NCBI RefSeq assembly: GCF_002571385.2
Contig: NW_019218023.1
Location: 1 to 64,000, forward strand
Direction of reading: 5' to 3'
Source: Stylophora pistillata
Lineage: Eukaryota
DNA: 64,000 bases
The translations under genes were made by a program, and so were the position numbers. This document shows positions 51,500 through 64,000 of the stretch, piece after piece; positions within the stretch are counted from its first letter, which is position 1; the number at the start of each line of letters is the position of its first letter. Below the pieces are notes generated by a model. The model worked only from the letters and a program-made list of their open reading frames with translations, was not told the origin of the DNA and did no database searches.

Positions 51500-51832
51500 A
51501 ACTTCTAAGTTATTAACATTTATTATCTTTTGTTGTTATTTCTAAGTGAGATGAATGTTACGTCAAAACTTGTTGAAACACTAACATAGAAACATTTCCA
51601 TGTTTTCATGAATGCCGGGTCATTGACGTAGCAACTCTCAATCTACCCAATACAATGTTTATACTGAGATTTGTAGTAAATATGTGAATAACTTCTAAGT
51701 TATTAACATTTAGTGTCATCTTGTTGTTATTTACACGTGAAAAAATATTTCTTTCAAAAATTGTTAAAACACTGAATAGGAAACTTTTCTATATTTAAGT
51801 GAACGCCGGGTACGTCATTCACGTATCAATTC
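51500..51832 (+). repeat. Diverged ~150-bp intronic tandem duplication
   Basis: aacttctaagttattaacattta at ~51500 and ~51690, with similarity continuing downstream. Confidence 0.75.
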
Positions 51833-51931
51833 TAAGGACACCCAGTAGACGTGTCTGAAGCTTTCGCAGGACTTGTAATAATTAGTTGACTATTAGAAAA
51901 AACAACGTTTAATTGTTCGTGCCATTTTAAG

Positions 51932-52243
51932 GGATCCCGGCAGCAGTGGAAATATATGGCCTGCCTAGTGAAACAACAGAAGATACAATAACTCTGAGGT
52001 GGATCGAGCCAAAAGACAATGGAAAGAAAATAACGCAATACACCGTTTACCAGAGAACAATAGTTGATGGGATACCAAGAGATTGGACAGTAATAAAGGA
52101 AATATCTGATGCTAAAGTCAGAGAAATTAAAGTAAAGCTGGAAAGAGGAAAAGTGTATCAATTTTCAGTAACTGCGACTAATGATGTTGGTGAAAGTCAA
52201 ATACCAGATAAAAGAAACATCCCGCGAGTCAAGGCAGTAGAAA
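51932..52243 (+). CDS. RTK exon, FN3 domain (paralogous to the preceding exon)
   Basis: LRWIEPKDNG..YTVY..YQFSVTATNDVGES. Confidence 0.9.
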
Positions 52244-52347
52244 GTATGTTTATATTAATTTTGTTTTTTCCCGTCAACGATTGCAATCCTTTCTTTTGTC
52301 AAAGTCTTTGATTACCTCTTTCTCACCAACGGAGAGTTTTATAGCCT

Positions 52348-52355
52348 GTGCATGT

Positions 52356-52412
<57 letters not shown>

Positions 52413-52415
52413 TGT
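52348..52415. repeat. (GT)n microsatellite
   Basis: Seen directly. Confidence 0.95.
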
Positions 52416-54417
52416 GGGGCGTGAGTGGATGTGTGGTACGTTAGCTTTATGCCCTCAAAGCAAGGTAGGCATCACTGATTGGTTGATTATCATTGAGAAT
52501 ATTACATTGTTTCGTTTAAACAGGAACGTTTTGAGTTAAGGCAGTTGGTAAAGCTGAAAATTTCAACTGTTAACGCATGATATAGAAAATACTTCTTTTA
52601 AAAATATACTTCTTGGCCCAAAATACTTTCCCATAACTAAATTGGGTAGGGAAGTCATCAGCCTATCCATTTACAGCGTGCAGTCTGTAGCTGATTAAGA
52701 CAAGAGAGACAACATATTTTACTATACCGTATTTTCTCGATCAAACACCGGACCCTATGAAACGCTGACCTCGGTATATTCGTTTCACGGTATTTCACCG
52801 TCATATTTGCCGCCTGTTATCGGCTGAAAATGTACGGAACACGATTCATTGGCCCGGCTCGCTTCAAATTCACTAAAATTAAGATAGCATAATACTTTCA
52901 CGGTAAAGGTTTGGTCAATTCTGACTTTATTTTCCATGCTCTCAGCAAAGGATGCAATTCCTCCAAAGTTTGCGTGGCGCACTTCTCCGCCATTTTGGGA
53001 ATAAGTGAAATACCCGAAGAGACTGAAAAAAGGAAACAACCGAGAAACTTATTCACATGTAAAGTACACATACTCGATAACAGATCTCAGTAGGTTGGTG
53101 GCTTTTGCGCCCGCACATTTTACTACAATTGAAGTCTAAAGCGGAGGAAAGCTAAAATAACACTCTCAGTGCGACTTCATTAACATTCAAAATTGTAAAT
53201 TTTGGTGCTCTCGAGACTTATAATGAACCCTCTCTCTCTTCCTTCCATTCAACCCATTTCGCGTCCTTCTAGAAATCACGCTCTTTCTTGTTACGGCTGT
53301 ACGAGACAAACAAAAAGCTCTCTGCGATTTTATCAACAGTCAATATTCGAAACAATCTTAGCGGCATTGTCAATCGAGCTGAAAAATCATGTTCAAGTTT
53401 TCTGACCTGTGCCGCGTAGTTTGGAAAATCACGCTCTTTCGTCCTACTATTGTCAAGCTTATCGAGGAACCCTTCTCTGGGACGTGATCGACATCCAAAA
53501 TCACAAACTTTCGTTCTCTCGTCGATCGAAGCCCTCTTTTTCCTCGAGCTATAACTCGAATTTATTGTTTTGAAACTCCCCCTCCTCTGAACTCGTCGTT
53601 CTCTTGTTCTATAGTCAAAGGTCTACATAATTATAATGCTAAAGTATTTCATAGATTATAGAGACGCGTGTCGCAAGAATAACATTTAATTTGGTTTCGC
53701 CTCATTGACATCCAGTGCGTAGTCGCCTATTAAAAAATTTCACGAAGGTTAGGATGCAAAAACGGGATGCAAAAACGGGATGATGAGCGCGGCCATTACT
53801 AAAACTTGTTCCTTTTCGTTATGAGAGTATTTCAACAGCGGTTTGTCTCGTTGCAAGTTCTTCTGCATTTGCGTTTTCTGTTACCGTTATTAAAGAAAGA
53901 TCTTTACATCTGGTCCTCTGTTAAGTTTCAGGAAAGAGAGAAGTTTACTTAAGAGCGACCATAAATGAGAACTGTAGCAGACGTTTATTTGTTGCAGCCA
54001 AATTCCCGAATGTGGTGAGTTGTTTATTTAGTCCGTCCAATGTTTGTGTTTGATGATATTTAAATGAGGTGATTAATAAAGAAATTAATAAATAGAGGAA
54101 TTGGAAAAAACCAACATGCAAAAATATAAATGATTGAATTGAATTGATTGAATAAATGAATACGTGAGTAGGAAGGTGGCTGAGTAGAGGGATAGACGGA
54201 GGGAAGGAAAGATGAGTGGATGGATTAATAAATGAATGAATAAATGAGATAAATGAATTAATGAATGAATCAGTAAATGAATGGCAGTGTGGCTCTATAT
54301 CTTAACTGCACGAATGTAATACACTTCCTGTTTTATATTTACTGTTTTGTACTTTTTAGGCATGTGAATTGGTCGTCAATCACAGCTGTTTTGCTGCCCT
54401 TACCGTGGACAGCAGGT

Positions 54418-55185
54418 ATTCTATCAGTCATCACCGCAGAGATTCCACGAGATCACTACGCATGCGCATAACTAGTCATTCTGCTACGCTTACGCTCCGC
54501 CATTACATGTGCGACTGGTCAAGCGAATCGAAATCAAAGAATATCTTCACCATCCTACCTCCTTTACAGACAATATATAAACCTCTACGTAAGGCGCTGC
54601 CTTACAAGGATAATTTGGTTGTTTTGCGAGGCAAAACTGTATTTAAAGCGTTTTATCGCTGTCTACCAATATGAATTCAGAGGGATCAACGCTGAGCGCG
54701 TTTGACATAATTGTAGAGGAAAATTGCCCCANNNNNNNTATGTTGGTGTTATACTCAGCTTAAATTCAGTGCTTGATTAAAGCAAACTTGATATTCTCCA
54801 GGGATGTCTCCCTTGTAGAATTGTGGATAATCAGAGTGACCACATGACTTTAAAGTCTCGTGGAATCTCTGCGGTGATGACTGATAGAATTATAAAATTA
54901 AACGAGACTTACCTGGAAGTTGAAGTTTGATTGGGATTCTATCAGTCATCACAGAGCAGAGATTACACGCCCACCCTTCATGGTACCTGAATCCTCCCTG
55001 CACAGTGGAGTGCACCTTTGTCATTGTTGCATATAGACCCTCATGTGGCCACTCATAGTACCCTTTTAAAAATGACTAGTTATGCGCATGCGTAGTGATC
55101 TCGTGTAATCTCTGCTCTGTGATGACTGATAGAATCCCAATCAAACTTCAACTTCCAGGTAAGTCTCGTTTAATTTTATAATTAT
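54418..55185. mobile_element. TIR element/MITE cluster with terminus ATTCTATCAGTCATCAC and an inverted duplication
   Basis: Four copies of the terminus (two per orientation) at ~54418, ~54890, ~54936 and ~55135. Confidence 0.65.
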
Positions 55186-55630
55186 AAAGCAAAAATCTCT
55201 CTTTGAATCACACAATGAGGTTGCGTGAGAGGCAGGGGAAGGAAACTGAAAGCCCCTGAAATGTCTTGTTAAAAACTTGATCGATTTACACAAAGAATAC
55301 AACATTTTATAAATTTAGAATGCACTAGGTCGAAGTTTACTGTATTCATTTATGAAGTCGGTTTAAGTGCATTTTTAAAGATAGATAGGTATGCATAACT
55401 TGAGTTAAGCACTCAACCATACTAAATGACATCATAACTTCATACAACGATATCACTGATCAATTAAAGTGTTCAGACTTGAACACGACTTGATTTTTTG
55501 AGATAACTGTAGTTTTCGACCCATTAAATCCTCTTACCATGGCGGGATTTCAGCTGAATTATAATTACGACGGGCCACTCTTTTATTCTTAGTTCAATCA
55601 TATGTCTAGTTGTTACTTTTCTATTCGTAG

Positions 55631-55789
55631 GTGTGGAAGTGTTATTGTCAATTTCGTAATGTACTTTAACGAAAGTGTGACCACTAGCACGGTGTTGACT
55701 TCTCTGAAGAATGCTGCAGAGCAGAACAAATTAGGTCTTTAGGGTTGACCCAGCCTCGATCAAACAAGTTTCTTCACCCACTGTGCCAG
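55631..55789 (+). pseudogene. RTK exon, C-terminal half of SEA domain
   Basis: CGSVIVNFVMYF..LKNAA..LG/RVDPASI; absent from the ORF track. Confidence 0.75.
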
Positions 55790-56508
55790 GTGGAAGCCAA
55801 GATCATATTCAATATCTAAATTATAGTTTCTCAGATAAATTTTCAGAGCTCTCTTATGTAGTTAGCTTTGTCCCATAAATATAAAGTGCTTCTCCGATAC
55901 ATGTTATTTAATCAAACCAAATATCATTTAATCAAATTAAATAACTGAACGCCTTTGTACCCGACCAGAAACAAGCAAAATTCTTATTCCTTTGTGCTGA
56001 CGGTGTTAATTATGGTTGTTGGGCTAGCTCATTCAGGCGAAGCCCTTTCCATCAAACTAAACTGATTTTTAAAACTTAACTAGGAATTCAGTGAATGTAC
56101 AATCCAAGCCAGTCATGAACAAACGGATGAAAAAGAGGCGCCAAACTTATTCTGTGGACCCTGTATCCAGCGATCATCCCGCCATTCCTTGCGGGTGACC
56201 GCTAAATACAGGTTTGACTGTATCTCGTTAAATCATATCGTATGAAAATTTTCGAGGTTCAATTCCTTCCAGCGGTAGATTGACATCAGATCGTCCTGAA
56301 ATATCAAAAATTATCCTTCACGTTTTCTGAAAATTTTTAAAGTAACTATTTCTTGAACAGTTTATTGTTTAATCATTGGAATATAATTTGAAATATATCA
56401 CTCACACCTTCCTTTTACATTATTATAAAAAGGCATACCGACCAGTATTACTATGAAAACCTTGTTTGAATGTTACTTCATCAAGCTTTATAAAACCGAT
56501 CATTTCAG

Positions 56509-56622
56509 GTCCCGAGGAATGTAACTGCTCATGCAACGACGTCTTGTTAAAGGCCATAATTGGAGTTCTTTTCTTCATAGTTCTTCTTCTAATAATTTAC
56601 ATAATCTGGCAAAGCAGGAAAG
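56509..56622 (+). CDS. RTK exon, transmembrane helix
   Basis: GPEECNCSCNDVLLKAIIGVLFFIVLLLIIYIIWQSRK-G|gtaagt. Confidence 0.85.
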
Positions 56623-57031
56623 GTAAGTGACGTANNNNNNNNNNNNNNNNNNNNNNNNNNNNNNNNNNNNNNNNNNNNNNNNNNNNNNNNNNNNNNNNNN
56701 NNNNTCGCGATTTAAGATTGGGACATGTTAGTCAACTAAGTTATGACACTTTGACTCTTGTCGGCCAAATTTTTTAGTTGAAGATCATATAATCAGGGTG
56801 AATTCGAGTCAAGAAAATGTAAAACTTGGGTTTTTGAGTTAACAGAGAGTTTGAGCTAACCGAGTTGGAGTTAGCTGATAATAAATGAAAATGGGGGTCA
56901 AATCCAAGGGAAAACGGTGTTTAGCTCGAGTAAGGGGGGACCTCGAGAACCGAGCTCGAGGTGCTAATGCTTTGGCATTTTGCATGCTATTGCAGTTAAG
57001 CAAAGGTCACCCCTTGCTTTTAACTTTCCAG

Positions 57032-59125
57032 CCAACGCCGCCGAGTCTGACAAGCGAGATTTAATGAAAGAACTGGAAACAATGAAGCAGCTGAAACCTC
57101 ATCCTCATGTCAATAAACTTCTGGGATGTGTTACGGAATCTGGTAAGCTTTGTTTGTGTAGGCTTGTTCAGTTGAACGCTCGATCAAATTGCAAATGGTC
57201 CTCTATTTCTCTTTAATGGTCTGTTTCGTGAGACTGTCTTGTGAAGAATGAGTTCAGTTGCGATTCTTCTTTGGCGGAGCCATTCCTGGTGGTAAATGAG
57301 GTTGATCTTTCAGTAAGTGGTCCTCTACTTTAATTTTACTATGTCTTCTGTAGAACTTAATGTCTCTCGTCAGTGATAATTTGCTTCAAATTTAGAGGGC
57401 ACTTTTCCCGTTGCAGAGCCACTCCTGGTACTGATCGAATATGTTTCTTTAGGTGATCTGCTTGGTTACCTAAGAAAGTGCCGTGGATTAAATGACATCT
57501 TCTACAAAGACCCAGAAAATAAACCACAAACAAATCTGGCGTGACAACAGTTGATGAAGTTTGTTTGGCAAATCGCTGATGGCATGAGTTACTTGTCCTC
57601 AAAATCCGTAAGTCAAAAAAAAATTCCCAAAACTTAATTCTACAACGCGATTTGAAGGCTTATCATGTTATTACATTTCTGTTTCCTTCTAAACTAGTAC
57701 AACGAACAAACAAAACAACAACAACAACCACAACAACANNNNNNNNNNNNNNNNNNNNNCGCAGGTTGACTGCAAATGAAGTAATTGCAGAAAACAAAAC
57801 CTGAAGAACTCAGTCTTCGACGGGAATAGAACCCAGTGCCGGTCTCGGATACTAGTTGGCCGCTCAGTCTACCAACTAAGCTGCGAAGCCACAAGGTGGG
57901 AACATGGCAAATTTTAGAGAGTTGTTTTTTTTCCCGTTAAGGAACCTAATCATAATTTGTAATGACACAAATTTAATTGGACCTGCGGATGATTTTGCAA
58001 CTACCAGGTACCAGAACAAGACGAGATGCTGGAAGAATAACCCCGACGCTAGACCGACTTTCACTAACTTGAAAAACCAGCTGAAAGACATGGAAACCTT
58101 ATACGAGGTGAGACTTATGCGATTACAATTTCCCTCTTTTCGTTTCTGTGGGAGACAGCAAGGCAGTTCTCAACTAAGCTCTTAAACTGAATACTAATTT
58201 ATCCAGGTGATATTATATATTCGTTCAGCAGTGAGGTCTTCTCGTTTGCCTCACAATGTAATGTGGATCGCAAAGTTATGATGCATGCTGCGAGTATTTC
58301 TCAGAAGCTGAGATCGCCTGGATACGCTTCACCTCAAGAATCAGCAACAGGCTTTCTCGCGGCTCTCTAGTTATTGTGTCTCCTTATCGTCGGCATCTGG
58401 GCCTCTTGGGTCTCTATTCTGCTGCAGTTACCGCTAATCCACGAGACCCATGTATCTATATGAGCTATCATGCCATACGTGAACGCCTTTGCAAATAAGA
58501 TACATTTTGAGCAAAAGTCTTGTCTTCTTTAATGGACTACTCGTATTTCACGGTGACCAACTCAGCCCACTTCCTATATCAGCACCGTTACAATCATGGA
58601 ACCAAGAGGAGAAAATTTGATGTCATCGAGTGGTGATCCACTTGCGACATGACTACATTGTGAGGCAAAAGATGATATGCCATGACTGGCGGATTTACCA
58701 CGATGATTACCCACAACCTTCTCTACAATTTATTCTTCTCTGCTAATTTGCATTATCTTTACCCGCCTGTCCTACGTGATTGCAGTGACATCCTAAACAG
58801 AATACAGTTCACAATTCTGTAAAGGGATCTATCTTTTCGTCAGGCGATTAAATTGTTTTCACTGGAATTCTTTTTTTTAATTGAATAAAAGAGGTTAGGA
58901 TGACTTTTAAGCTTGTAGAATGCTAAAACTATGATACACTGTGTAACTTTAGTTTGTTTGATTAGGTTGGAAAAGTAGACTGGTTATGTTGAAAACTACT
59001 CAGAGCGTGAAGGGAACACATTCAGTTAACTGATGCTATTGTTTTTTTTTTTTCTGCAGAGACTGATCAACATGGAAATGTAGGATAAGCATTTGTATGC
59101 AAACCTTGAAGATTTAACAGTATAG
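57032..59125 (+). pseudogene. RTK kinase-domain exons (partial)
   Basis: DLMKELETMKQLKPHPHV.KLLGCVT; LIEYV..GDLLGYLRK..WQIADGMSYL; CW...PDARPTF; LYAN tail. Confidence 0.9.
57760..57950 (-). mobile_element. tRNA-derived SINE
   Basis: A-box-like agcttagttggtag and B-box-like gggttctattcc. Confidence 0.7.
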
Positions 59126-61439
59126 ATGGTAAAGCTTCCTCACTGTCTGATGGCCTGAATGTTTGAACGCTTTGCTACTATAGCTTATGGAAGCCGGTTT
59201 TATTCCAAGTGGGTTGCCAAAATGGAATGACTGCTTTGTGTCGATTGGCTATCTCATCTGGTGGTCATAATTAGCATAAATTATCATAGGTAACGAGAGA
59301 CCACGAGGTGGAAATAAACATGGCAGTTTTGTTCTAGAATTCTAGTGCTCTTTGTTCGCCGCTTACGACTCTTTCTCCTTAGTCAACTCTACAAATCAAC
59401 ACTTTGGATGTCTAAAATTTTGAAAAAAATCTCGGAAAATTTTAATGACATTAAAACTCAAACTCTTTGACTTCACAAGGACCATCTTTACTTTCGAAAC
59501 TGATTGCAAATACTTTTGAATTCAAAAGCGAATAGGTTTAATTTTGTGGTTTGTTTCGAAATTATTGTTTTTTTTCCTTTTAAGTTTTCCAGAGAGCCAG
59601 ATAGATAGATACTTTTATTCAACCAAACTGATCAAACGTGTTGTTGTCTAAGATTTTTTTCACAGTGGTATTAACATTTCCAAAATACAGTGACTTTAAA
59701 TAAAAATTCGTTGATGTTATTTCATATTTGCTCATTTGAGCTGTTCAACCTCGGACACACAAGTTAGGAAAGCTGTATTTTCGCTGAACAATAGAATTTC
59801 AGGGATAGATTCGGGTTTCCCTAATGTCCACTTGTAGTACACTTGTGAACTTGTGGATGTGGCAGCTACATCCCACAAGTTGACTTTGATTAAAAAATTT
59901 TTCATGTAACGGTAACGAAATGGTAAGAAAGCGGTGTTTTCTCTGCAAAAATGTATTTATCCATTTCAAATTTAATGCCGATCTTTTACCTTACACACAG
60001 TTCAGCTCGAGAAAATAAGCATGGGGACCTTCCACAATCCCTCTCATTCCATATTGAAGTTATGATAGCTTTTATTACATTTTTTAAAAGAAGACAAAAT
60101 AATTAATTTGACAAAGATAGGAAATTGGCGGAAGAAAATTCGACAAAATAAGAGAATTCACTTCACAAATAAAAAAAAATTGAGGCCGAAAACTTGAGGT
60201 TTGTTTTTACGCGAGTTATGTATGTGAATTTGTTGGATTTTCATGTAAACTTGTCAGAATGTTCGTTAGTGTGAGAGGCTTTTACGAACTTCGATATATT
60301 TCTCTCTTGACGTCCTGGAGCATGACAACAACCGAGATAGATTTTCTCAGGAACTAACAGGATTATGGAAAAACCTCAAAGTTTAAGAACCTATTATATG
60401 CTGAGTGACACAGTCCAGTTTGTTTGGAGGTCAGCGGTAACTAAAGCTATCAGCAGCCAGAACCGTGCGAAATATAACTGTAACGCAAAAATCAAATGGC
60501 AAAATAATAAAAACAAAATACCATGATTAAATTGATATATTCAATCAAGAACTAACCTCGGAGACAAGACATTTTACTGATAGATGAAAAATCGATTGAA
60601 ATCAAGACTGTGTGCATAAGGTCTCAACCAAGGTTTGAGAAATCTTGCACATACGAGTCGCTGGGGTAAGAACACTTTCGAGGGTGATTAGCCGTTCTTC
60701 ATTTCAGTATTTATAGGTCTTGGTTTGAAGCAACAATCACGTTTACTAGTATACTTGTATGTACGGGAGTTTGGGTAAACATGCCCATCAAAGAATTAGA
60801 AAATTAACGTTTTGGTCTTCGTTAAAAACTAAGAGCTATAAAAGCTGAGTAAGAAATAAACTTCCAATACAGACTTCTGCACAGAGCTCTACCGACGAAC
60901 CTTCTCCTGACAAAAATTGATAAATTGCCAGAACCATCTCTAAAACCTAATTTACCTCTTTTGGGACTGTTCGAAAGTCGCACCTTTTTTAGTGAAAACA
61001 TTAGTGAAAAACTTAAACAATGCAACTTAAGATCGATATCAACTTACTTTTTGTTTTCTCGTACCGAGGCACCACAACAAGTTTCCTTTTACTACTTAAG
61101 TCTCAGTTGCGAGTATAATCCAACAAGCTTGGTACAATTTCGAAGAAATGGAACCCTTTACTCCCGTTCCTCAATATCACGTGATCCTAACAGACATAGT
61201 GTTCCCCACATATCCAGTCTTCCTTGTACCACTTTTTAGGCCCCTGGCACATTTGACGGTCTTACCGTCAGAATGTTTATTTCGCTTTAAAAATGTATTA
61301 AAGCTATGTTCCTCTACACTGCTTGCTAACAAACGTCCTTAACCGTAAACGCTATCTATCATTTCATAACATACAGCTTATCCAAAAGAGTCCAACATAT
61401 ATTAAATGAAGTCAATAGCCCCCTTAAGAGTATCAATGT

Positions 61440-63190
61440 ACGGTTCAGTATTTGAACATATGTACATGCCACTGATGTTTTACTCAAGCCGCACAGTACA
61501 TAACAGTTTATCTGATGATGGTTAAGTATTTGAATAATATGTTACAACAAACAACAAAGATCCTGGACGTCGGAAGGTTGGAGAAGACTCAGACACATGC
61601 GTGACTGACCTGGAGTTAGTGAGTTTACGTTACAGGTCGTACCGAGTCTTTTTTTAACTCGCCCCTATGTTTGACGAACGTGTTCTCCTTGGTTGCTGCG
61701 TGCTTATTGTTGGTCTTTATCCTCTTGCAGGTAAGTAACGTTGTCTTTTAAGATTAGCTCACACAATAAGAATGCCTATACCGCAAATGTAATTATATGT
61801 GTATCTGTAAACTGGCAAAATGTAATTAATCGCGTATTTTGAGTCGACCTTCTGTCCCGAAGTACGCTTAGGCGCATCATAACAGTACAATCATGAAAAC
61901 GAGTACTGGTGCAGCGTTGACGACAACTTTGCGTTTTTCTATTTGGTGGCCGTGAAGGAGGTATTGTGAAACTCAAATTTTAATACATGATCGACCTCGC
62001 CGTTTTATTTCCGCGTACAGACATCAGACTGAAGGTCATTCCCAGTGCGGCCCAGTCGTTTAATGCAGGCAGTTACAGTATCTCATAAATTTGATGATAT
62101 GGGTTGCTAAATCAGCCGGTACGTAGGTCAGCCAAGAGTACCTGCATCATTTCATGGTTCGCCCTCGTTTACTCTTCTGTTGTGAAGATTATGATCGTTT
62201 TGGGTCGGTTCCAATCGCCCTTTTGTTTAGCTCTGCTATTTCCTTTTTTAAATGAATAAAGGGAAGCTCGAGTTTTAATCACATTTTGATTAACATTTTG
62301 ATTAACATCCTTTTCTAACATACGTTTGGCGACTGGTTAATAGAACTTTTGTCCACTAGATTAAGCAATTGGTTGACTTATTCGATTACTCTCGACTTCT
62401 AAATCTCCTTCAGCCCCTCGAGAGCATCACTTTGGTATTTCGTTTCGCTGAAGCGCTATTTGTTCCCTGTCGGATGTCACGTGAAAGCGCTCACAGGAGT
62501 GTGAGACCTACTTCATAAAGTAATTGTTACATCTCTTTACGCTTCGTTACGCCATAATACTATTTTATGCGTCCATTTTCGTCAAATATAACAGTAAGGC
62601 GCTAGTTCGATTCACGTAGGCATAGTGAATGACAGCGGTTATTATGTTTGGTGTTAGAAGTTGTATGGTGGTGTGACGGCTTTCACTTGTTAAAAGCAAG
62701 ACCGTCAGTAATGTATGGGAAAGTGGGGCAACCTTGTACACATTGACCAAAGTGGAAGAAGTTCGGTGGTAAATTGATATTGCCAGGAGCTGCGTGTGTA
62801 AGCGACAATGAATGGCTCTGTAAGAACTACCTTGCAACAGTTGGATAAAAATAATGTGTCTGAGAATCTTTGTACCTAGGTTGTTGTAATCGAGAGGAAA
62901 TGCAGATCTGTGTAAAGATAATTACCTGGGTAAACGATTTAAGGAATCGTGACGGTTAGCATGCAAAGTATTGTTAATTGGAGCCGCTCTTTGGGGTGTT
63001 GTATGGTTGATATTTTTTATACTTTTCTAAACGTGAATTATTTCGAGCAAATTTCGAGGTGCCTCAGGCTAAATAGTTAGAGGAAAGATATCATAAATAC
63101 GTTTATCCCGTTACACATTGCGTTACAATTTCCTCCGCTACCCCAAGGTTGCCCGAACGGAGGTATCTGGTGGTCGGATAGACATGGAAA
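61440..63190 (+). repeat. Paralogous copy of the RTK promoter, exon 1 and intron 1 (vs ~40660-42450)
   Basis: Collinear shared blocks: ctgatgatggttaagtattt, gacgtc.gaaggttgg, gggtcggttccaatcgc, ttcgctgaagcgctat, gttggataaaa, ggctaaata. Confidence 0.9.
61667..61730 (+). CDS. Exon 1 (signal peptide) of a tandem RTK/Ig-receptor paralog that continues beyond the window
   Basis: MFDERVLLGCCVLIVGLYPLA-G|gtaagt, homologous to 40956-41010. Confidence 0.75.
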
Positions 63191-64000
63191 TGTTTATATT
63201 GTTATTGTATTAAATCTTTGCAGTATAGTTTTTATAAAAGTATCTCAGTGACACTGAAAACCGCATTGTTATCTCGTACAATTTTTCGAAAAATGATGAG
63301 TAGTAGTTTATTGACGGATGGCGAGTCGGTTATCGTTTGTGGTGGAGTATCGCATGAATTGAGACAGCAGGGGAAACCAGAGGAAAGGCGCTGGTATTGG
63401 AGTAAATATTTTGCTTCGTTTTGGTTGAGTATCATTGTGGTCAGAGTCTAAACAGTTTTCTCCCATAAGGAAACGTGTAGCTCTCATTCAATTGTCAGGG
63501 GAATAAATAGTTTACCTTGCTTTGATAACTTAAAGAATTCCAGAAATCTCCTTAAAGAGCAAGTTTGTTGTTCACATAAAATTTGACCTTTGTGTTGTCT
63601 TGAATACGCAGGGACTTCAAATTCAAAGAGAGTTTTCTCTTTAAAGCTTAACTTAAGTTTTCGGCATTCAAGTTTCCTCGAGCAGACCACTTTCATATTA
63701 AATCTTCAAAGAAATCTACTTGCTAAAACTGCATTCGCTTTAACCGCATTCTCCTCAATTAGTGCAAAGTTGGTCTCAAAATTTACGGACACAAGTTCTA
63801 ATAGCTACTCTCCAGATGGAACAAATTACCACAACTTATCCAGCACTACTTTCGTTCTCGAGTTAAGGATAATTATGTAGTGCAAAATGTATTGCACTTA
63901 CATTAGATTAAGATTATAACAAATGAAAATTCACCTACTCTTACCAATTAACAAGCAGAGAAGCCTAAACTGTGTTTTGTTCTGTTGTGCTGTTTCTCCC

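Larger units (their letters stand above)
40956..59125 (+). pseudogene. Receptor tyrosine kinase pseudogene: SP-Ig-Ig-Ig-FN3-FN3-FN3-SEA-TM-kinase (RET/FGFR/Tie-like kinase)
   Basis: GT-AG exons 40956-41010, 46674-47015, 47515-47769, 49004-49270, 50321-50613, 51186-51496, 51932-52243, 55631-55789, 56509-56622, 57032-57142, 57417-57607, 58008-58107, 59060-59125; frameshifts near 50498, 51496 and 55735; stops at 57542 and in the last exon. Confidence 0.88.

Noticed and set aside
57760-57950. tRNA genes here and at 33.8-33.9 kb
   Set aside because: Degenerate A/B boxes without a cloverleaf; these are SINE heads
40956-59125. Gene symbol (RET, FGFR, TIE) for the RTK
   Set aside because: The ectodomain matches none of these, and orthology needs a phylogeny
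63200-63900. Possible Tx1/L1 3' remnant on minus
   Set aside because: Too decayed to support by eye

Overview
Animal genomic DNA from a gapped draft assembly. The repeat families and receptor type point to an anthozoan or stony coral (inference). About 1-27 kb is a nested graveyard of decayed transposons: three BEL/Pao LTR remnants, several L2/CR1-group LINEs, Penelope-like elements (one carrying a hammerhead ribozyme), an RTE 5' region, a TIR element, a spliced CxC3/KDZ-type transposase, a Gypsy-like integrase and a THAP-Harbinger/ISL2EU element. It also holds an intronless, virus-like (Maverick/Polinton/NCLDV-type) two-gene fragment: a VLTF3-like gene and a 2TM SLATT-like gene. About 27-36 kb is CpG-poor and holds an unidentified decayed minus-strand gene that ends at an inverted repeat with ~245-bp arms. 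About 37-39 kb holds a Crypton fragment and an Ngaro/DIRS tyrosine-recombinase element. About 41-59 kb is a multi-exon Ig(3)-FN3(3)-SEA-TM receptor tyrosine kinase pseudogene, and a tandem paralog begins at 61.7 kb. There are no prokaryotic features and no fully intact host gene. All family calls come from reading motifs by eye; no searches were run.
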